Of a stretch of 64,000 nucleotides of DNA, positions 62,995 to 64,000 are shown piece after piece. Within the stretch, counting starts at the first letter, position 1. Each line of letters begins with the position of its first letter. Source of the DNA: Clostridia bacterium. GTDB taxonomy: Bacteria > Bacillota > Clostridia > Oscillospirales > CAG-272. A program made the translations under genes and the position numbers. The stretch spans positions 7,809 to 71,808 of the forward strand of contig JAGBSP010000064.1 of NCBI GenBank assembly GCA_017631855.1, given 5' to 3'. The notes under the pieces were generated by a model. The model was not told the origin of the DNA and ran no database searches. It saw nothing but the letters and a program-made list of their open reading frames with translations.

Positions 62995-63004
62995 TGCCTG
63001 CTCC

Positions 63005-63757
63005 TTATCTGAATCTTGTAAAATCTGCTTTCATCACCGAGGTGCGCAGAATGGTATACCATTCCTTCATCGGATCTCCCGACATTATACTGCACTCTCG
63101 TTTGAGTGCCGTAATCAGCATCTCGGGGTTCAGAAATTCTCCCGTCGTTGCGCTCAGCGTAGCAGAAATTCCAATTGTAGCATCGTTTTCGTTGAATCTG
63201 ATTTTTATTTCGTGAATCAGCGGAACAATGTCGATTTCTTTCTCGCCCGCCTTCGTACGCTTTGTCAGCAACAGCGGAGCAGTGGTGAGCACCTTTGTCA
63301 TTTGTTCCGCAAGCGCCTCGGAAGCATGTTCGGTACAAATTTCAATTTCATAGGTTGCCCACGCGATCTCCGAAAAATCACTCTTCGGGAGATATGCTTC
63401 GGTAATCTGAAGCTCCTCGGTGAGTTCTCTGTTGAGTCGCTTCATAATCTCTTCGGTGGACATTTCTCGGTCAATACGAAGATCCAAAAATTCATATTCG
63501 CTCTGAGCACCCACACTCAAGGGCGTCGAGAAAACGAGCTTTGCGTGCGGATTAAAGCCCTTAGTGTACCATACGGGCAGACAAGCACGCGTAAGCACTC
63601 TCATAAAGGTACGCTGAAGATCGAGATGGGAAATATACTGAAGGCTTCCTACCTTGCGGAATTTGAGGCGCACCGTTCTCGGACGCTCAAGCTCGGGCAA
63701 CGCAAGAATTCTCTTTTTTTCTTCTAATTTGCTTAATTTTTCGCTTTGGGACAGCAC
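63005..63757 (-). CDS. radical-SAM-associated protein (DUF2344 / TIGR03936-type)
   Basis: VRLKFRKVGSLQYISHLDLQRTFMRVLTRACLPVWYTKGFNPHAKL. The start is uncertain: GTG 63757 overlaps the upstream gene by 25 nt, and an in-frame GTG at 63671-63673 would give MRLKFRK... Confidence 0.85.
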   Translation of the reverse strand: MLSQSEKLSKLEEKKRILALPELERPRTVRLKFRKVGSLQYISHLDLQRTFMRVLTRACLPVWYTKGFNPHAKLVFSTPLSVGAQSEYEFLDLRIDREMSTEEIMKRLNRELTEELQITEAYLPKSDFSEIAWATYEIEICTEHASEALAEQMTKVLTTAPLLLTKRTKAGEKEIDIVPLIHEIKIRFNENDATIGISATLSATTGEFLNPEMLITALKRECSIMSGDPMKEWYTILRTSVMKADFTRFR

Positions 63758-64000
63758 GTGCGCTCACCTCCCATTTTATTTGCTCCGCAACCGCTGCACT
63801 TTTCGCGGCAGTTGGGCGTCGTTGCTTCGGCATACGCGCGATCACGCTCTTTGCGCAAGAATTCCTTGCTTACGCCGCAGTCAATAATATCCCACGGCAA
63901 TACCTCGTCAAGTCCCCACACGCGGTTAGCGTAAAATGCAGGATCAATTCCCGTACGTTCCAGCACCGAAATCCATCGGTCATAATCAAAGCACTCGTCC
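63733..64000 (-). CDS. B12-binding radical SAM protein (TIGR03960-type), C-terminal fragment; gene continues beyond window end
   Basis: The frame is open from 64000 down to the stop at 63733. LPWDIIDCGVSKEFLRKERDRAYAEATTPNCREKCSGCGA is the typical C-terminus of the partner of DUF2344 proteins. Confidence 0.8.
   Translation of the reverse strand, partial: DECFDYDRWISVLERTGIDPAFYANRVWGLDEVLPWDIIDCGVSKEFLRKERDRAYAEATTPNCREKCSGCGANKMGGERTCCPKAKN

Noticed and set aside
1-64000. A window-wide check for CRISPR arrays, tRNA or rRNA genes, transposases, integrases and prophage blocks.
   Set aside because: - No regularly spaced direct repeats were seen.
- No intergenic region of suitable size with tRNA-like or rRNA-like GC-rich structure was seen.
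- No ORF had recombinase or transposase motifs.
- The inspection was by eye only, so small ncRNAs could have been missed.

Overview
The window reads as a chromosomal segment of a spore-forming Firmicute, most likely Clostridia, and is almost entirely core metabolism and cell-cycle or sporulation housekeeping. I saw no rRNA, tRNA, CRISPR array, transposase, integrase or phage block.

Gene content, in order:
- spoIIID, a TrmH-family methyltransferase, proC and two membrane proteins.
- Two NodB-type deacetylases, one of them PdaA-like.
- A complete 11-gene histidine operon on the minus strand (yerC/hisR-like, then hisZ-G-D-C-B-H-A-F-IE-K).
- An HD-domain protein.
- A compact HprK-like / PqqD-like / Ser-Lys peptidase trio.
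- A strongly promoted unknown membrane protein.
- A GH78-like hydrolase, an SGNH esterase, a DtxR/MntR-like regulator and YccF.
- A long glycogen operon (glgB-C-D-A-P plus a GH13 enzyme and a 115-aa unknown).
- The conserved yabM-mazG-(hup)-yabO-yabP-yabQ-divIC block.
- A uridine-kinase-like protein, a HemZ-like radical SAM protein, dtd, relA, recJ, an FAD protein and cdaA with a mini CdaR-like anchor.
- DUF896, plsY, a SAM methyltransferase and a divergent FolC-like ligase.
- serC-serA, a ThyX-fold-like protein lacking the ThyX signature together with a Dabb protein, trpS and a split transketolase.
- A small AT-rich XRE islet.
- alr, ddl, araB and a DUF2344 / B12-radical-SAM pair that runs off the window end.

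The best candidate for an undescribed system is the orphan HprK-like/PqqD/S24-S26 peptidase cassette at 16187-17653, which has no visible substrate gene.

Secondary items:
- a candidate HisR operator overlapping the his promoter;
- the motif-less ThyX-like protein;
- a five-fold ATTATACAAA motif and a perfect 14-bp palindrome around ORF 565-1338;
- a truncated CdaR.

All functional calls rest on motifs recognised by eye in the supplied translations. No searches were run.
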